This document shows, piece by piece, positions 49,665 to 63,237 of a stretch of 64,000 nucleotides of DNA. The notes under the pieces are model-generated. The model searched no databases and had not been told where the DNA came from. It saw only the letters and a program-made list of their open reading frames with translations. The stretch spans positions 155,248,001 through 155,312,000 of the forward strand of contig OX597817.1 in the NCBI GenBank assembly GCA_951406725.2. Reading direction: 5' to 3'. The stretch comes from Octopus vulgaris. Its lineage: Eukaryota. The translations under genes and the position numbers were made by a program. Position 1 is the first letter of the stretch. Every line of letters begins with the position of its first letter.

Positions 49665-50010
49665 TTGGGCTGCAGCTCTGCTGGTGCACAGCCTTAAAGG
49701 GTGTAGTCGAGCAAATCGACCCCAGTACTTACTTTTAAAACTGGTACTTATTTTATCAGTTTCATTTTTGCCAAACTGCTAAGTTGTGGTGACATAAACA
49801 AACCAACACTGGTTGTCTCAAAGTAATGGTGAGAGACAAACATAAAAACAAAAACACACATAGATACACACACACACACACACAACTGGTTTTTAGTCTC
49901 TTTCCACAAAATCCACTCACAAGGCTTTAGTTGGCTCAGTTCTATAGTAAAAGACACTTGCCTAAGGTGCCATGCAGTGGAAGTGAACCCAGGAGCATGT
50001 AGTTGGGAAA
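49665..50010 (-). mobile_element. SINE family A, degraded
   Basis: Body and head motifs present. Confidence 0.7.
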
Positions 50011-50427
50011 GTGTATTGTTTTCGTTTTTCTCCAGCCTATTTGTAATAACTTCATTATAAAGATTATGAGCAACTCGGCATATGGAACAGAGTGAGGAGA
50101 AGGGAGGCTGGGAGATTTGGATTCCGCTGATGATATTGCACAACTAAGTCATCAAGGTAGAGAGTGGACAGGAAATAACATTGACCTTATGTGAAAATGC
50201 AAAGAAAAGAGGACTCATTCAAATTTATGTTCATGAAACAAAGTAATACATAACTGAGTCATCCTGTTAATACACACATACATATATGTATGTAAAAATA
50301 TTTATGGGCATTTCAGTGTGTGTGAGTATATATATATATATATATATATATATCAGGTCATCCCATAAGTTCTGTCCGAATTTTGAATAAAGAAAACAAG
50401 TGATCAAATGTTATATTTAATTGAAAT

Positions 50428-51396
50428 TTAATCATCAATGTACTTTCCCTCATTATCCAGGACTTCCTTCCATCTATTTACAAGCATTTTAATCCTATCA
50501 ATGTAAAACTCTTTTGGTTTCAAAGCAAAGAACTCTGAAATGTCAGTTTCAATCTCCTCCTGGCTTGCGAAAGTTATGTCCTCCAAATGATTCTGTAAAC
50601 TACGAAATAAATGGTAGCCTGAAGGAGCAAGGTCGGGAGAATAAGTTGGATGAGGAAGTTTTTCCCAACCAAGCTCTTCGATCTTCTGTGATGTGATCTT
50701 TGCAGTGTGGGGGTGCGCACTGCTCTGATAAAACATCACTCCTTTTAGATTCACTAAAGCGGGTCTTTTTTTCTTCAAAGCTTGGTTCAAATGCTCTAAT
50801 TGCTGACAGTAGGCTTGATCATTGATTGTTGCATTAGGTGGTAACAATTCAAAGTGAATTACTCCTTTGCAATCCCACCAGATAGAGAGAAGAACCTTTT
50901 TTCCCATGAAGTTCCCTTCATGGTTATAGTTGAGCTTTTTCCCTTTTACCAAGCCACTGTTTATGATGTTTAACATTTCGATAGAAGATCCATTTTTCAT
51001 CACCAGTCAAAAGTCTATCTGAAAAGGGTGAAATGGAGAGAAGAGCAGATGTCAACTTGGGATTTGTGGTTGCTTTCAGACAATTCATGAGGCACCCATT
51101 TTCAAGTTTAGGAACCAAGCTGTTTAAGATGACGAAGAACAGTTGTATGGTTTGAACTAAGCTTTATCGTCAATGCTTCAACTGATAATGCAGGATTTTC
51201 TTCAAGTAATGCCTCAAGGAGCTTATCATCAAACTCAACTGGACACCCTGTTCGATCTTCATCTTCAAGGCTGAAATCACCACAAGCATTCTTTCCCATA
51301 AACTGAGTGTATGTTTCAAGTTGCTTCAGCAGTAGAGTTTCCTTTCTAATACTCATAAAGCATTATGTGCCTGAAATGCTTTTAGGATACTTCCAT
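50428..51396 (-). pseudogene. mariner transposase pseudogene
   Basis: LLTGDEKW, KKVLLSIWWD, YSPDLAPS; frameshifts and stops; second and third catalytic Asp lost (QSSAHPH, PSGY). Confidence 0.92.
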
Positions 51397-51465
51397 GTTA
51401 GAAAGGGTTTTAATCAAAGAAATTTTAATTCTATTATTCTGTAAAATAATATTCAATTAGTTTAA

Positions 51466-51686
51466 CCCTTTAGTGTTCAGATTATTCTGTTAAATGTAAT
51501 ACTTTTTCACTCAAATTGTTTTGAATTAATCATGCATTATCTTATAGCTTTGAGGTTTCAATGATGTGAATGTTTATTTTTAGAATGTCACTGTAGGTCA
51601 GGTGTGAGAGGCTGGATATCGCCAGTTTGAATATAAAACATGTAGAATATATTGGGCCGGATGTGGCCGGTTTAAACACTAAAGGG
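51466..51686. mobile_element. piggyBac-type MITE, family 1
   Basis: TTAA|CCCTTTAG...CTAAAGGG|TTAA. Confidence 0.9.
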
Positions 51687-52479
51687 TTAAAAGCACACAA
51701 ATGCATAAAAATAATTTTTAATGCTATTAGACATTCTAAAATACTATTAAATTTCATTCAATTTTAAAAACAGTAAAATCGGACAGAACTTATGGGATGA
51801 CCTGATATATATATCCATGTGTATATGTATGAACACACAAGCAGAAATGGGAACTCCATTGGGCTTGAAGTAAACATGTTAGATTAATTCTTTGCTCAGG
51901 TTTAATGTGTGTGTGTGTGTGTATAGGTGTGTATGTGTGTGTGTATGAGTATGAGCATGTGCATGTGAGTTAGTGTAGCTGTACTCATAAACCTGTTAAT
52001 GAGAAAAGGAGAAAGTGAGAGAGAGACAGAGAGAGACAGAAAGTGTCCAACAGATTTAGTTAGAGTCTACTACTACCACTACTACTACTACTGCTACTGC
52101 TACTGACTGTACACAAATGCTGTAACATTTGGGGTTTATCTGTACTATTACAATGACAGCTAACCTTAGAACAATGGTTATAGTACTGATATATAGTTCA
52201 CTAATCATATACCAATCCCCTATGGGGCAGCAATCTCTCAACTATCTTTAATATGTCCTGCTTTGTATTAACAAGATTTGTGGTTTCATATAGCTAGTGG
52301 CACAGTTGTTGCTGCTACTACTACTATTGTTGTTGTTTTCAGAAGGTGTGGAATGGTAGAAATGGTAATGTGCAGGACAAAATGTCTTGTGAAATTTAGA
52401 TACCATTCTTTTATGTTCTAGATTTAAATTTGTAAGGAATAATGTAATGTGGGTCAATAAAATATGTAATATACAGGAA

Positions 52480-52850
52480 GGAGGCGCAATAGCCCAGTGG
52501 TTAGGGCAGCGGACTCGCGGTTTCGATTCCCAGACCGGGCGTTGTGAGTGTTTATTGAGCAAAAACACCTAAAGCTCCATGAGGCTCCGGCAGGGGATGG
52601 TGGTGATCCCTGCTGTACTCTTTCACCACAACTTTCTCTCACTCTTACTTCCTGTTTCTGTTGTACCTGTATTTCAAGGGGCCAGCCTTGTCACTCTCTG
52701 TGTCACGCTGAATATCCCCGAGAACTACGTTAAGGGTACACATGTCTGTGGAGTGCTCAGCCACTTACACGTTAATTTCACGAGCAGGCTGTTCCGTTGA
52801 TCGGATCAACCGGAACCTTTGTCGTCGTAACCGACGGAGTGCTTCCAACC
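52480..52850 (+). mobile_element. SINE family B
   Basis: 12-bp TSD aatatacaggaa (52468-52479, 52851-52862). Confidence 0.92.
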
Positions 52851-52892
52851 AATATACAGGAAATTTATTTGATCAGCTCTGTCCCACCTTTG

Positions 52893-53140
52893 TGGAGGCA
52901 CATAGCTCAGAGGTTAGAGCATTGAGCTCACAATCATGAGGTAGTGAGTTTGATTCCCAAACTAGGCTGTGTTGTGTTCTTGAGCAAGACACTTTATTTC
53001 ACATTGCTCCAGTTTGCTCAGTTATAGAAATGAGATGTGACATCACTGGTGTCAAGCTGTATCAGCCTTTGCCAATAGAGCTTTGCCTTTCTAGGGTGAA
53101 ATCTCATGGTCATGCATGACTGAAGGGGGTCTTTACCCTT
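52893..53140 (+). mobile_element. tRNA-derived SINE family D
   Basis: A/B-box head and gtgttcttgagcaagacactt; related copy at 60175-60465. Confidence 0.75.
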
Positions 53141-53418
53141 TTTCTATCCTGCCCTTAGTAAGTTTATGGCCTGGTATCTATGTTATAAATCCTTATTAGA
53201 GAGCTGGGCAGAATCCATATAATGTGCTGGTTTTGAAGTTTTTTTAAAGTTTTTTTTAAGCTTGTTAAGAATGTTTTCTTTAAGTGATTTCTGAGATTTA
53301 TTAAAAGAAAAACAAAATTTTAACCTTTTTGCCTTATTCTTAATTTCTTTGAACTTCTCTTAATTTATTCAGTTACAGTAGGTGCAGGAGTGGCTGTGTG
53401 GAAATTATTATTATTATT

Positions 53419-53986
53419 GTTGAGTGAGAGAGTAGTGCATGACATCAAAGTGACACTGGGGTAAAATATACGAAGCCCAGTATACCCATCATGACTACCC
53501 CTCTGATAAGGGTACACCAGGCATATGCATCACAACCATATGTGCACCACATGGTGAGCTCATATCAATATAAACAGCGCATGACCTTGCAGGTGGGGCC
53601 CAATTAGAATTTTCTTCTAGTCGAGTAGCCCATCCCACTCAAAAGGTCCCTGAATAAGGGTTGTTTAAGGTTTAAGGCTGTTGAACAAAACATCTATGTT
53701 TTCAGAGGTGAATTATCCAAACCCCAAAGAATTCCTCTCAACACATGGCTATGATGCTCCCCCACTACTTCTGCTCGTGATCAGAGATGCACATATCGTC
53801 AGCCACTAAGGGACATGCTCAACTGGTTAAGGTCAAACAACTGACAATCAAATCTGTGGTATTGAGCAGAATATTTGCTGTAGCCCATCTTTTATACCAA
53901 GACAAAACAATGTACATGATGACACTTCCAATCAGTTAAGATCAGAAACCACGAGACCCACTGCCAGGTACTGCATCAGGGCATTT
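53419..53986. mobile_element. Unclassified ~560-bp repeat in (TTA)n, copy 2
   Basis: Colinear with 15394-15950. Confidence 0.8.
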
Positions 53987-54317
53987 ATTATTATTATTAT
54001 CATTATTATGCTAGTGCATGCTAATTTAGTTAGCAGTTATTCTGTCTTTATATTTTGTAACAAGTCTCCTTAAGTCTCAGGAATTTTCTTTAGAATTCTA
54101 GCAGAATACAAGATGGTACTTTTCTACAGATCAACAATGCAAATTTCAATTCCAATCTCTTTCAGTCTTTTAGATAGCCTTTTTTGCTGTTGTGCCAAGT
54201 GCACCAATTACTATTAGGAATAATAGTATTGTCTTGGTATTCCAGTCTCCTCAGCTCTCAGGCTAGATCCTTCTATTTTTCAATTTTCTCTCTCTCTCTC
54301 TCTCTTTTTTTGTATCA

Positions 54318-54703
54318 TGGAAGCACTCCGTCGGTTACGACGACGAGGGTTCCGGTTGATCCGAATCAACGGAACAGCCTGCTCATGAAATTAACGTGTA
54401 AGTGGCTGAGCACTCCACAGACACGTGTACCCTTAACGTAGTTCTCGGGGATATTCAGCGTGACACAGAGAGTGACAAGGCCGGCCCTTTGAAATACAGG
54501 TACAACAGAAACAGGAAGTAAGAGTGAGAGAAAGTTGTGGTGAAAGAGTACAGCAGGGATCACCACCATCCCCTGCCGGAGCCTCGTGGAGCCTTTAGGT
54601 GTTTTCGCTCAATAAACACTCACAATGCCCGGTCTGGGAATCGAAACCGCGATCCTATGACCGCGAGTCCGCTGCTCTAACCACTGGGCCATTGCGCCTC
54701 CAC
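54318..54703 (-). mobile_element. SINE family B
   Basis: 12-bp TSD ttttttgtatca. Confidence 0.92.
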
Positions 54704-54893
54704 TTTTTTGTATCAGCTCTGCTATCAAAGGGAATTGCAAAATCTCTGATCTTACACTGTTTGTTTATTTTGTCCTCTATGAACATATCCAGTCTTCTTG
54801 TTTCAATAGTATAGTCAGTCTTTATGGGGAAATCCCACAAGATCTTGTAATTCTCATTTTCTATCACAGCCTCTGGTCTGTGTTCATATTACG

Positions 54894-55240
54894 CTTTTAC
54901 TCTTTTACTTGTTTCAGTCATTTTACTGTAGCCATGCTGGAGCACTGCCTTTAGTCGAGCAAATCAACCCCAGGACTTATTCTTTGTAAGCGTAGTACTT
55001 ATTCTATCAGTCTCTTTTGCCAAACCGCTAATTTATGGTGGCGTAAACACACCAGCATCGGTGGTCAAGCGATGTTGGGGGTACAAACAGACACACAAAC
55101 ATATACACACACACACACACACATATACATATATATGACGGGCTTCTTTCAGTTTCTGTCTACCAAATCCACTCACAAGGCTTTGGTCAACCCGGGGCTA
55201 TAGTAGAAGACACTTGCCTAAAGTGCCATGCAGTGGGACT
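54894..55240 (-). mobile_element. SINE family A, 5'-truncated
   Basis: Tail and body present. Confidence 0.85.
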
Positions 55241-56139
55241 CCATCTCCTCAACAACAGCAGCAGCAGCAGCAACAACAACAACAGCAGGAAGAAGAAGAA
55301 GAAGAAGGAGGAGGAGGAGGAGGAGGAGGAGGCAGTGAACTGATGGAATCATTAGTCCACCAGGCAAAATGCTTAACAGCATTTCATCTGTCCCTATGTT
55401 CTGAGTTCAAATTCCACCAAGGTCAAATTTGCCTTTCATCAGATGAGTACTGGGGCCAGTATAATTAACTATCCCACAAAATTTCAGACCTTGAGCCTAT
55501 AGTAAAAAGGATTATTATTAGAGAAAACCATTAGAGCATCAGGCAAAATGCATGTGCTGTTTTGCTTTTTCCCTTCTGGGGTCAACAGAATAAAGTACTC
55601 AGTCAAGTACTTCCCTACTTTTTTTTCTATATATTTCCTTAATACACTGATCCATTTCCATTTGCTTGCATCTCACTATTGTTCTAATTCTGCTGTTTTT
55701 ACTCTGTATTTGTTCTCTATTTGCATCAGGCTCTGTCTTCCATGACATTACTATTATTAGTACAAGTATTGTTGACGTGTGAACACTATTGAACAGTCAC
55801 TGGCACATCTACAATGGATCCGACTCTCCAACTCTCTTAAACCTAGTTGTGTCCAATGCCCTTGACTCAGCATTAACCACTTTGGCCAGTCCTTCCTCTT
55901 TAGAACATCATCCCTCTGCAATATTCTCCCTGCTCATGTTTTTCTTGCAAGTGTTGAACTGCAACAGTTTAAACAGAATATTAACAGCATCAATTTCACC
56001 AGTCTCAGAGGGTTTGCACAGGCCATGAGCACTGCCTCTTTTTCCAAACTTAGTAAGTATATAAAAACAAAAAAAAACTCTGCTACAAAGGCAAAAGAGA
56101 TGATCCAGAAAGCAGTAACTCCAGAGGCATTAAACTGAT

Positions 56140-57470
56140 AATCCAAGTTATGAAAGTAACAGAAAGAGTTATAATACAACTAATTATGAAGAGGATTAAC
56201 TTAAGTGAGATGCAGTCTGGGTTTTATACAAGGGCAGGGTACTGTTAATACTTTCTTCTTAGAAAAATAAATACAGGAAAAGCTGTTAGCTAGGAACAAG
56301 CTACTACATAGAGAATTTATTGATCTCAAGAAGGCTTTTGAAAGGCCACCACACTCTGATAGTTGTTAAGGAAACTAGGTGTAAATGAAAGGATGGTGAG
56401 AGCTATGAAAGCTATGCACAGAGATTATGTCAGTAAGCTCTGCTAGCAATGAGTTCAGTGAAGTAGGTGTCAACCAGCATTTGATAGGTAGTATTGTGTA
56501 GGTAGGAGTCAACCAGCATTTGATTATCAGCCTCCTCTTCTTTATTATAATTCTCCAGGTCATTCAAGAGGAATTTAAGATCAACTGTCCATGGGAACCT
56601 TTGTATACCAATGACCTATCTCTGATAGCTGAATCTATTGAAGAATTAGAGAAGCAATACCAAATGTTGAATTGGGATCTTAAAGAAGGCAGGACTCTAC
56701 TACCACCTGAGAAATGGGTATGTGCTATATGCAGAAAGAAGCAGAAATTCAGTACTATGCACCTAATATAAACTATGATGTAAAAGAAATGCAGTAAAAT
56801 CATTGGCAGGCTGACAGAAAGATACATAAGAGTAGTTAGCAGTAAGAGTACCTAAAAATTAAGTTCTTTGAAATGTCTGGGTGTCTTACTAAAAGTAATT
56901 GACAGTTTCTGTTACCTAGGTAAACGAAATTAATAGTGGTGATGGGTTGTCTAAAACCATAGTAACCAGAACAAAATGGGAAAAGATCAGTGAGCTATAA
57001 CCTCTGCTGGTGACAAAGGGATTTTCTTAATGAGTGAAGGGCAGATTGTATGAAGTATGATATTACATGGTAGAGACATACGGGCACTGAATACATAGGA
57101 TGTGCAAAGGTTGGAAAAAAAATTAGACAAACATATTCTACTAGAGTTAGTGTGCTTGAATGACAGAGAACAAATAATCTGAAAAGAAAACTGGGCGTAA
57201 GAGGAATTATGTGTAAAGTACATAAGAGAAGCTTGAACTGGTATGAATGCATGGTGCATATAATGGATGACAGTTGAGTACAGAAGAGCCAAGAGATCTA
57301 AGTAGAAGTAACCTGTAGAAAAGGAAGGGTTAGTGAATGCTGATCTTAAGAAGCTGAATCCCACCAATGATATGATAAAGGGCCACAAGGAGTGAAACAT
57401 TATGCTGAAAAAGACATATCCAACCCATCCAAGTAGAGAAATAACATACATATAATGAATGATGATGGTG
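56140..57470 (+). pseudogene. Degraded RTE LINE (RT to 3' end)
   Basis: FIDLKKAFE, VGVNQ..ISLLFFII, PWEPLYTNDL (YADDL-derived), FCYLG; 3' end tccaacccat..(gat)n like the RTE-tail elements. Confidence 0.75.
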
Positions 57471-58385
57471 ATTGAGAGAAGCACTTTGGTTAGAGAAGGG
57501 GATTGTTTATGTCTTAGAGGAGTGTTTATAGCCTTTTATAGGCAGTCAATACAATAATTGGTAAGGATTACAATAGTATTAAGATAGCAATTCTGAAGGT
57601 GTAAACCAGATAACAGTAACAGCCATCTATGACATTTACCTTGGAAAAATTCTGACAGAAAGCTACAATTTACCTTTCTGAAAATGAAATCAATGAGAAG
57701 GAAAAGCCAAGCAAAAAATAAATAAATTAATAAAATAACCCAAAACATTGTAATAATAATAATAATAATAATAATAATGATTTCTTGAGAATAAGAATAA
57801 GAACAATACCAACAACAATCTAATGCTTTCTAAATACAGACAGAAATCAATGGAAGCAATATGAAATGAGTAAACCATATAAATTATTGATCTGAGGAAG
57901 AAGATGGATAGATTGAGACAGACAGAGGAGGAGGAGAAAGAGATAGAGAGAGAAATACACACATACACACACACATGTATATATATAGCAAGAGAAGGAG
58001 AGAGAAAGAGAGAGAGAGAGAGACTTAAAGAGAGAAAGAAGATAAACAGAATAACAGAGTGAGTGAGAGAGAAGTGACAGATAGACAGAGTGCCAGACAG
58101 AGGGAAAGAGAGCCGAGACAGATAGACAGGCAGGCTGGCAGACAGACGGACAGGCAGGCAGACAGACAGACATACAGACAGACAGAAAAACAGATAGTCA
58201 GACAAGCATACAGAATAAGCTGTAAAGACAGCTAGAAAAAGATTCTGAAGATGTTGTTTTGAAAACTTTCCAACACAAAAATATAACAATATAAAAAAAA
58301 AAGGAAAAACAAAAAGTAAAAATCAAGGAAAAAAAAAGAAGACCTAAGCCTCTTTCCCATCGTTACTATTAGTAGTATTACTACC

Positions 58386-58428
<43 letters not shown>

Positions 58429-58758
58429 TACTAGACTTCCAGTATCAAAAGAAAAGTGGAGGTAGCTAGAGAAGTCCTAACCTCCAGTATATTTCATGAA
58501 AAGGTGATTGAAAAGTGGAGAGAGTTTTGGAGTTAGTCTTGTCTGAATGTCTCTCTTCTCTCAACTTGTGTTTGTAAGCTGACAGCAGGGAAAAGGCATT
58601 TTGTTTTAATGTTAATGGCAATTACAGTGAAGGGTTGGGATAGGGAGCTGATTTGTCTTATGTAAATAACTCCATTCATCCCTCCGGGATATTACATCAC
58701 TGCACACATACATATAACTATACACACACAGACACACATACATATATATATCATATAC

Positions 58759-58759
<1 letters not shown>

Positions 58760-58789
<30 letters not shown>

Positions 58790-58843
58790 TAGATTATATA
58801 AATGTATACATATATAATTTATATTTTATATACTTATATATGG

Positions 58844-58882
<39 letters not shown>

Positions 58883-59110
58883 TAGATTATATAAATGTAT
58901 AATATATATAATTTATATACATATATATGGATATATATATATATATACATACACACACAGATTATATTAATGTATACATATATAATTTATATACATATAT
59001 ATGGATATATATATATATATATATATACATACACACACAGATTATATTAATGTATACATATATAATTTATATACATATATATGGATATATATATATATAT
59101 ATATACACAG
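58760..59110. repeat. Tandem ~75-90-bp AT-rich minisatellite (about 4 units)
   Basis: cacacagattatattaatgtatacatatataatttatatacatatatatgg repeated. Confidence 0.85.
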
Positions 59111-59247
59111 ACACACTGTACACTTCATATATATATATACACACACATACACACAAACATTATATATATATGTATACATGTACACACATGCACATATATA
59201 CATATTATATATATACATGTGTGTGTGTGTGTGCGTGCATCCGTATA

Positions 59248-60139
59248 CAGGATGCGGTGAATAAACTGTCGTCTAAATTATACAAAAACGAAAATAACAC
59301 TGATTATCTCATTTTAATAGATATATTTACCAAAATTACATAAAAATATCTTGAAATACTAAAGAGAAAATTTATTCAATAAAATGCCCATTGGCTCAAA
59401 CTATGGCCTCCAAATGACTTTGGAATCACCTACAACTTTTCTAGATGGTCTCCTTGTGTAAGTTGGTGAATGCTACCATAATCCTTGCCTTCAGTTCATC
59501 TATGGTGTTACAAGGAGTTTTGTTGGTCTCTCACTCAATAGCACTCCACACATAATAATCAACCGGGTTCCAGTCTGGGGAGTTAGGTGGCTAAATATTA
59601 GGGGTGGTGTGGTCGCAGAAATTGTCTGACAGCTACGACTGGGTTCTCCTACTTGTGTGGCATGGTGCAGAGTCCTGTTGCCAGATAAAAGGGTCTTCCA
59701 GCAACCACCCTCTTGACCTAGGGCAGCACTACCTTCTCCAGACACTTGATGTAGGCCTCTAAGTTGAGTCTGAGGCTGTGCGGGAAGATGAATGGAGGCA
59801 TAAAGTCACCATCACTAGTGATCACTCCAAACACCATGATGTTGACTGTATGTTTGATTTTTATCCCTCTTGGCAGATGTCCTCAGATTGCACTGTCCTT
59901 AGACTGACACCCAAACACTCAGAAATGTTTGTATTGGAGTTTCCAGCATGAATGCCAAGCAGTGCAGCATGTCGTTACCAAATTTCTGGCAGTGTGAATT
60001 GTGTCATGGTGCTGTTTTTCTCTCAGATGGTGCCCAACTGACCCTACTATACTGTGTAGTTTACAAAATCAAAAACAAAGAATGCGCATATGCAAAATTA
60101 AAAATATAAAATGGCGACAATTTAACCCATTGCACCCTG
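59248..60139 (-). mobile_element. Internally deleted maT (DD37D) Tc1/mariner transposon
   Basis: TA|CAGGATGCG...GCACCCTG|TA; WQQD-x37-D (PPNSPDWNPVDYYVW) with stops; another terminus copy at 61272-61358. Confidence 0.85.
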
Positions 60140-60174
<35 letters not shown>

Positions 60175-60175
<1 letters not shown>

Positions 60176-60465
60176 AAGGTGCATGGCTCAGTGACTTGAG
60201 CATCGAGCTCACAAACACAAGGTAGTGAGTTTCATTCCTGGACTAGGCTGTGTGTTGTGTTCTTGAGCAAGACACTTTATTTCACGTTGCTCCAGTTAAC
60301 TCAGCTGTAGAAATGAATTGCGACATCAGTGGTGTGGAGAGGGGAGGCTGGTATGCATGGGCGACTGCTAGCCTTCCACAAACAATCTTGCCCTGACTTG
60401 TGCCTCGGAGGGTAACTTTCTAGGTGCAGTCCCATGGTCATTCATGACAGAAGGGGATCCCCTCC
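60175..60465 (+). mobile_element. SINE family D
   Basis: Matches 52893-53140. Confidence 0.75.
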
Positions 60466-60512
60466 TCATATATATATATATATACTTTATTTAAAGCAGT
60501 AGAAAATTCAAC

Positions 60513-60559
60513 AAAACCTGTTACTCTGAGTTTCACGTTGCCGTTCGTCGGACAGTTTT
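60513..60559 (-). ncRNA. Minimal type I hammerhead ribozyme motif
   Basis: CTGT-CCGACGA-ACG(GCAA)CGT-GAAA-CTCAGAG-TA-ACAG: stems I, II and III pair; core has U4C. Confidence 0.7.
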
Positions 60560-60567
60560 TGGTAGAA

Positions 60568-60614
60568 AAAACTGTCCGACGAACGGCAAAGTGAAACTCA
60601 GAGTAACAGGTTTT
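60568..60614 (+). ncRNA. Minimal type I hammerhead ribozyme motif (stem II mutated)
   Basis: Same motif, stem II ACG(GCAA)AGT; putative GUA cleavage triplet at 60603-60605. Confidence 0.55.
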
Positions 60615-60712
60615 GTTGAATTTTCTGCTGCTTTAAATAAAGCATGTTACTCTACCACTGGTATTTGAGTACTCTTTTTTCCACCTTGTTTCACATTTAT
60701 GTGTTTACTCCA

Positions 60713-60748
<36 letters not shown>

Positions 60749-61574
60749 AGTGACAGCACTAAACAGTGATTCTTAGAAATTCAAACCTGTTACCATTTCA
60801 ACTATGCTTGAGGCATAGAAAGCTTTTTCACTGTCTTTTGTCATGGAGAAAATTTCTCACCATAAACAAACAGGTGTAAATAAACTGATTCAGCTCACAA
60901 CATCCACTAACCAGACTGTTGGATACATGTATTTCAGAATGGTTATCTGCTCTTCAGCTACAGAGACTAGAGAGGTAGACACTACAAAATGACACAAGAG
61001 ACAGGTCCCTCTTTCGATATTCCCTTCATCATTCAATGACTGGTTGTACTATTCAGAGGGTCGCCATAAATAAAATACAGGGTGACAGCGTTAAGCAGTG
61101 ATGTGTCTAAATACAAACTTGTTACCATTTCAAGTATGCTTGAGATACATTTGGAAATGTAAGAAAGCCATTCACTGTATTTTGTCATGACTGGTGGGAG
61201 CACTGTGAACCTGACTCGATGTACTTATACATATTTGTCTACAAGAAACTTCAAACACACACACACATATACAGGGTGCGATGTGTTAAATTGTTGCCAT
61301 TTTATATTTTTAATTTTGCATATGCGCATTCTTTGTTTTTGATTTTGTGAACTACACAATTTAATTGTTTTCCATGCTTTACGAAAAGTTGAAAAAGTCA
61401 TAAAGACTGAACCAGTACTAAAATGTTCCTCATGATAAAATTATTTTAGCATTTTCTACCTAGTCTTATTTTGCTTATATCATCATTGCTTAACGTCCGT
61501 TTTCCATGCTAGCATGGGTTATATATATATTACTCTATATATATACATATATAATTATATATCAAACATAAATA

Positions 61575-61652
<78 letters not shown>

Positions 61653-62459
61653 CTATCATTTAATGCCTGTTGTCTATGCTGGCATATAATTATATTATTC
61701 ATATTATTTGACTTGGAAAATTTTATAGATTTTTTTTTAAATAATTAATTGGAATATTTTTATATTTTTACTTGAAGTAATGACATCTTCACCTCTGACT
61801 GTGTTTCCTTCTATGTCCTTGTGGCAAATATAGCATCACTACCACTACCACCACCACCACCACCACCACCACCAGTACCACCACACTGCTGCACCCCCCC
61901 ACACACCATCATCACTTTATTACTGTTGCTATTGTTATTACTTTTATTAAAAAAAAGAAATCGTTATTATTGCTATTACTATTATTATTGTAGCTACCAG
62001 CAACACCACCACCACTACCATCATCATCATCATCACCACCACCACTACCATCACCATCACCACCACCACCACCATCGCCATCGTCATCATCATCATCATC
62101 ATCATCATCGTCATGCAGTGTGTTTTAGTTATAGACGTCTTTATTTGCAGTCAATCTGAGGCTACCAATACAGCAAGCAACTAAACTAACTGCGTCAGGC
62201 TTCCCCTGACAACCAGCCAGCCAGCCAGCCAGCCAACCAACCAACCAGTCCAAGCCAGTAGTTCACTAAATGTCACAGCTCACCCCTTGCTCCAACTCCC
62301 TGCCCTCCAACCTCAAGCCAGACAAGTTTCAGATGTCAAACATTAAGATTTCTTTCATAGTTCTTTTGATTTAACAATACACTGGAGAAGTGGGTGGACT
62401 ATATATTTAGATGTTGCTCTCAAATGGTAATTTATTCTCAGGTATCTTCGTCATCAACG

Positions 62460-62493
<34 letters not shown>

Positions 62494-62866
62494 TTCAATC
62501 ACAAACACACACACACACACACACAAACAAACAAACACTATATTCTTAGTGTTTTCGTCTACTGCATGCGTGGGAGCGTGTGTTTGTGTTTGTTTATGTC
62601 TGTGGTTGTGCGTGTGCGTGTGTGATATGTTTATGTTGTTAACGGTGAAGGTTGGTTGTTTTTGATGTTCTTTGATGGTAAGATGAAAACTAGTGGATTT
62701 GGTGGATGCTACTACTATTTTAGTAGTTACAATCAGATTTCTAGCTGGTTGATATGGGACTGGTGTAAACAAAAGTTCTAGAATGTACCTGCAATATCTC
62801 ATGAACAGTGAAGTTTGCATAGAAAGCATCGTTAAGAAAGAAAAAGTAAAATGCATAAGTAGTAGA

Positions 62867-63205
62867 TGCAGGTGTGGCTGTGTGGTAAGAACTTTGCTTC
62901 CCAACCACATGGTTCTGGGTTCAGTCCCACTGTGCAACATCTTGAGCAAAAGTGTCTCCAACTGTATATAGTCTTAAGCTGACCAACAACTTGAGAGTAG
63001 ATTTGGTAGATGGATGGTGCATTGTGTACATGAGCAAAATACTCAATTTCCTGTTGCTCCAGTCCCCCTTCCAATCCGGCGGGGTGTGGTGTTCATCTGC
63101 TTACCTAGTCAGTGGGGTGGCATCATTCAAAAGCTAAAGCAATGCAAAGTGTATTGTGACCAGCGATGTGTAACATGATAATCTGGCCTGTCATGTGATC
63201 ATGTG

Positions 63206-63237
<32 letters not shown>

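Larger units (their letters stand above)
50353..51805 (-). mobile_element. mariner transposon, near full length, with a nested piggyBac MITE
   Basis: TIRs tcaggtcatcccataagttctgtccga / tcggacagaacttatgggatgacctga, TA flanks. Confidence 0.95.
60484..60712. mobile_element. Penelope-like inverted pseudo-LTR insertion in (TA)n
   Basis: ~77-bp inverted arms (60484-60560, 60566-60642) each carrying a hammerhead motif; flanked by (TA)n. Confidence 0.75.

Noticed and set aside
50428-51003. 191-aa ORF as a functional or domesticated transposase
   Set aside because: Frameshifted fragment with two catalytic Asp residues lost, inside intact TIRs
57639-57680. Possible 12-nt and 4-nt micro-exons (cag|..AG|gtaaat) on the minus strand
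   Set aside because: No coding context or homology to support them
58760-59110. Regularly spaced repeats that could resemble a CRISPR array
   Set aside because: No unique spacers and no cas genes; eukaryotic minisatellite
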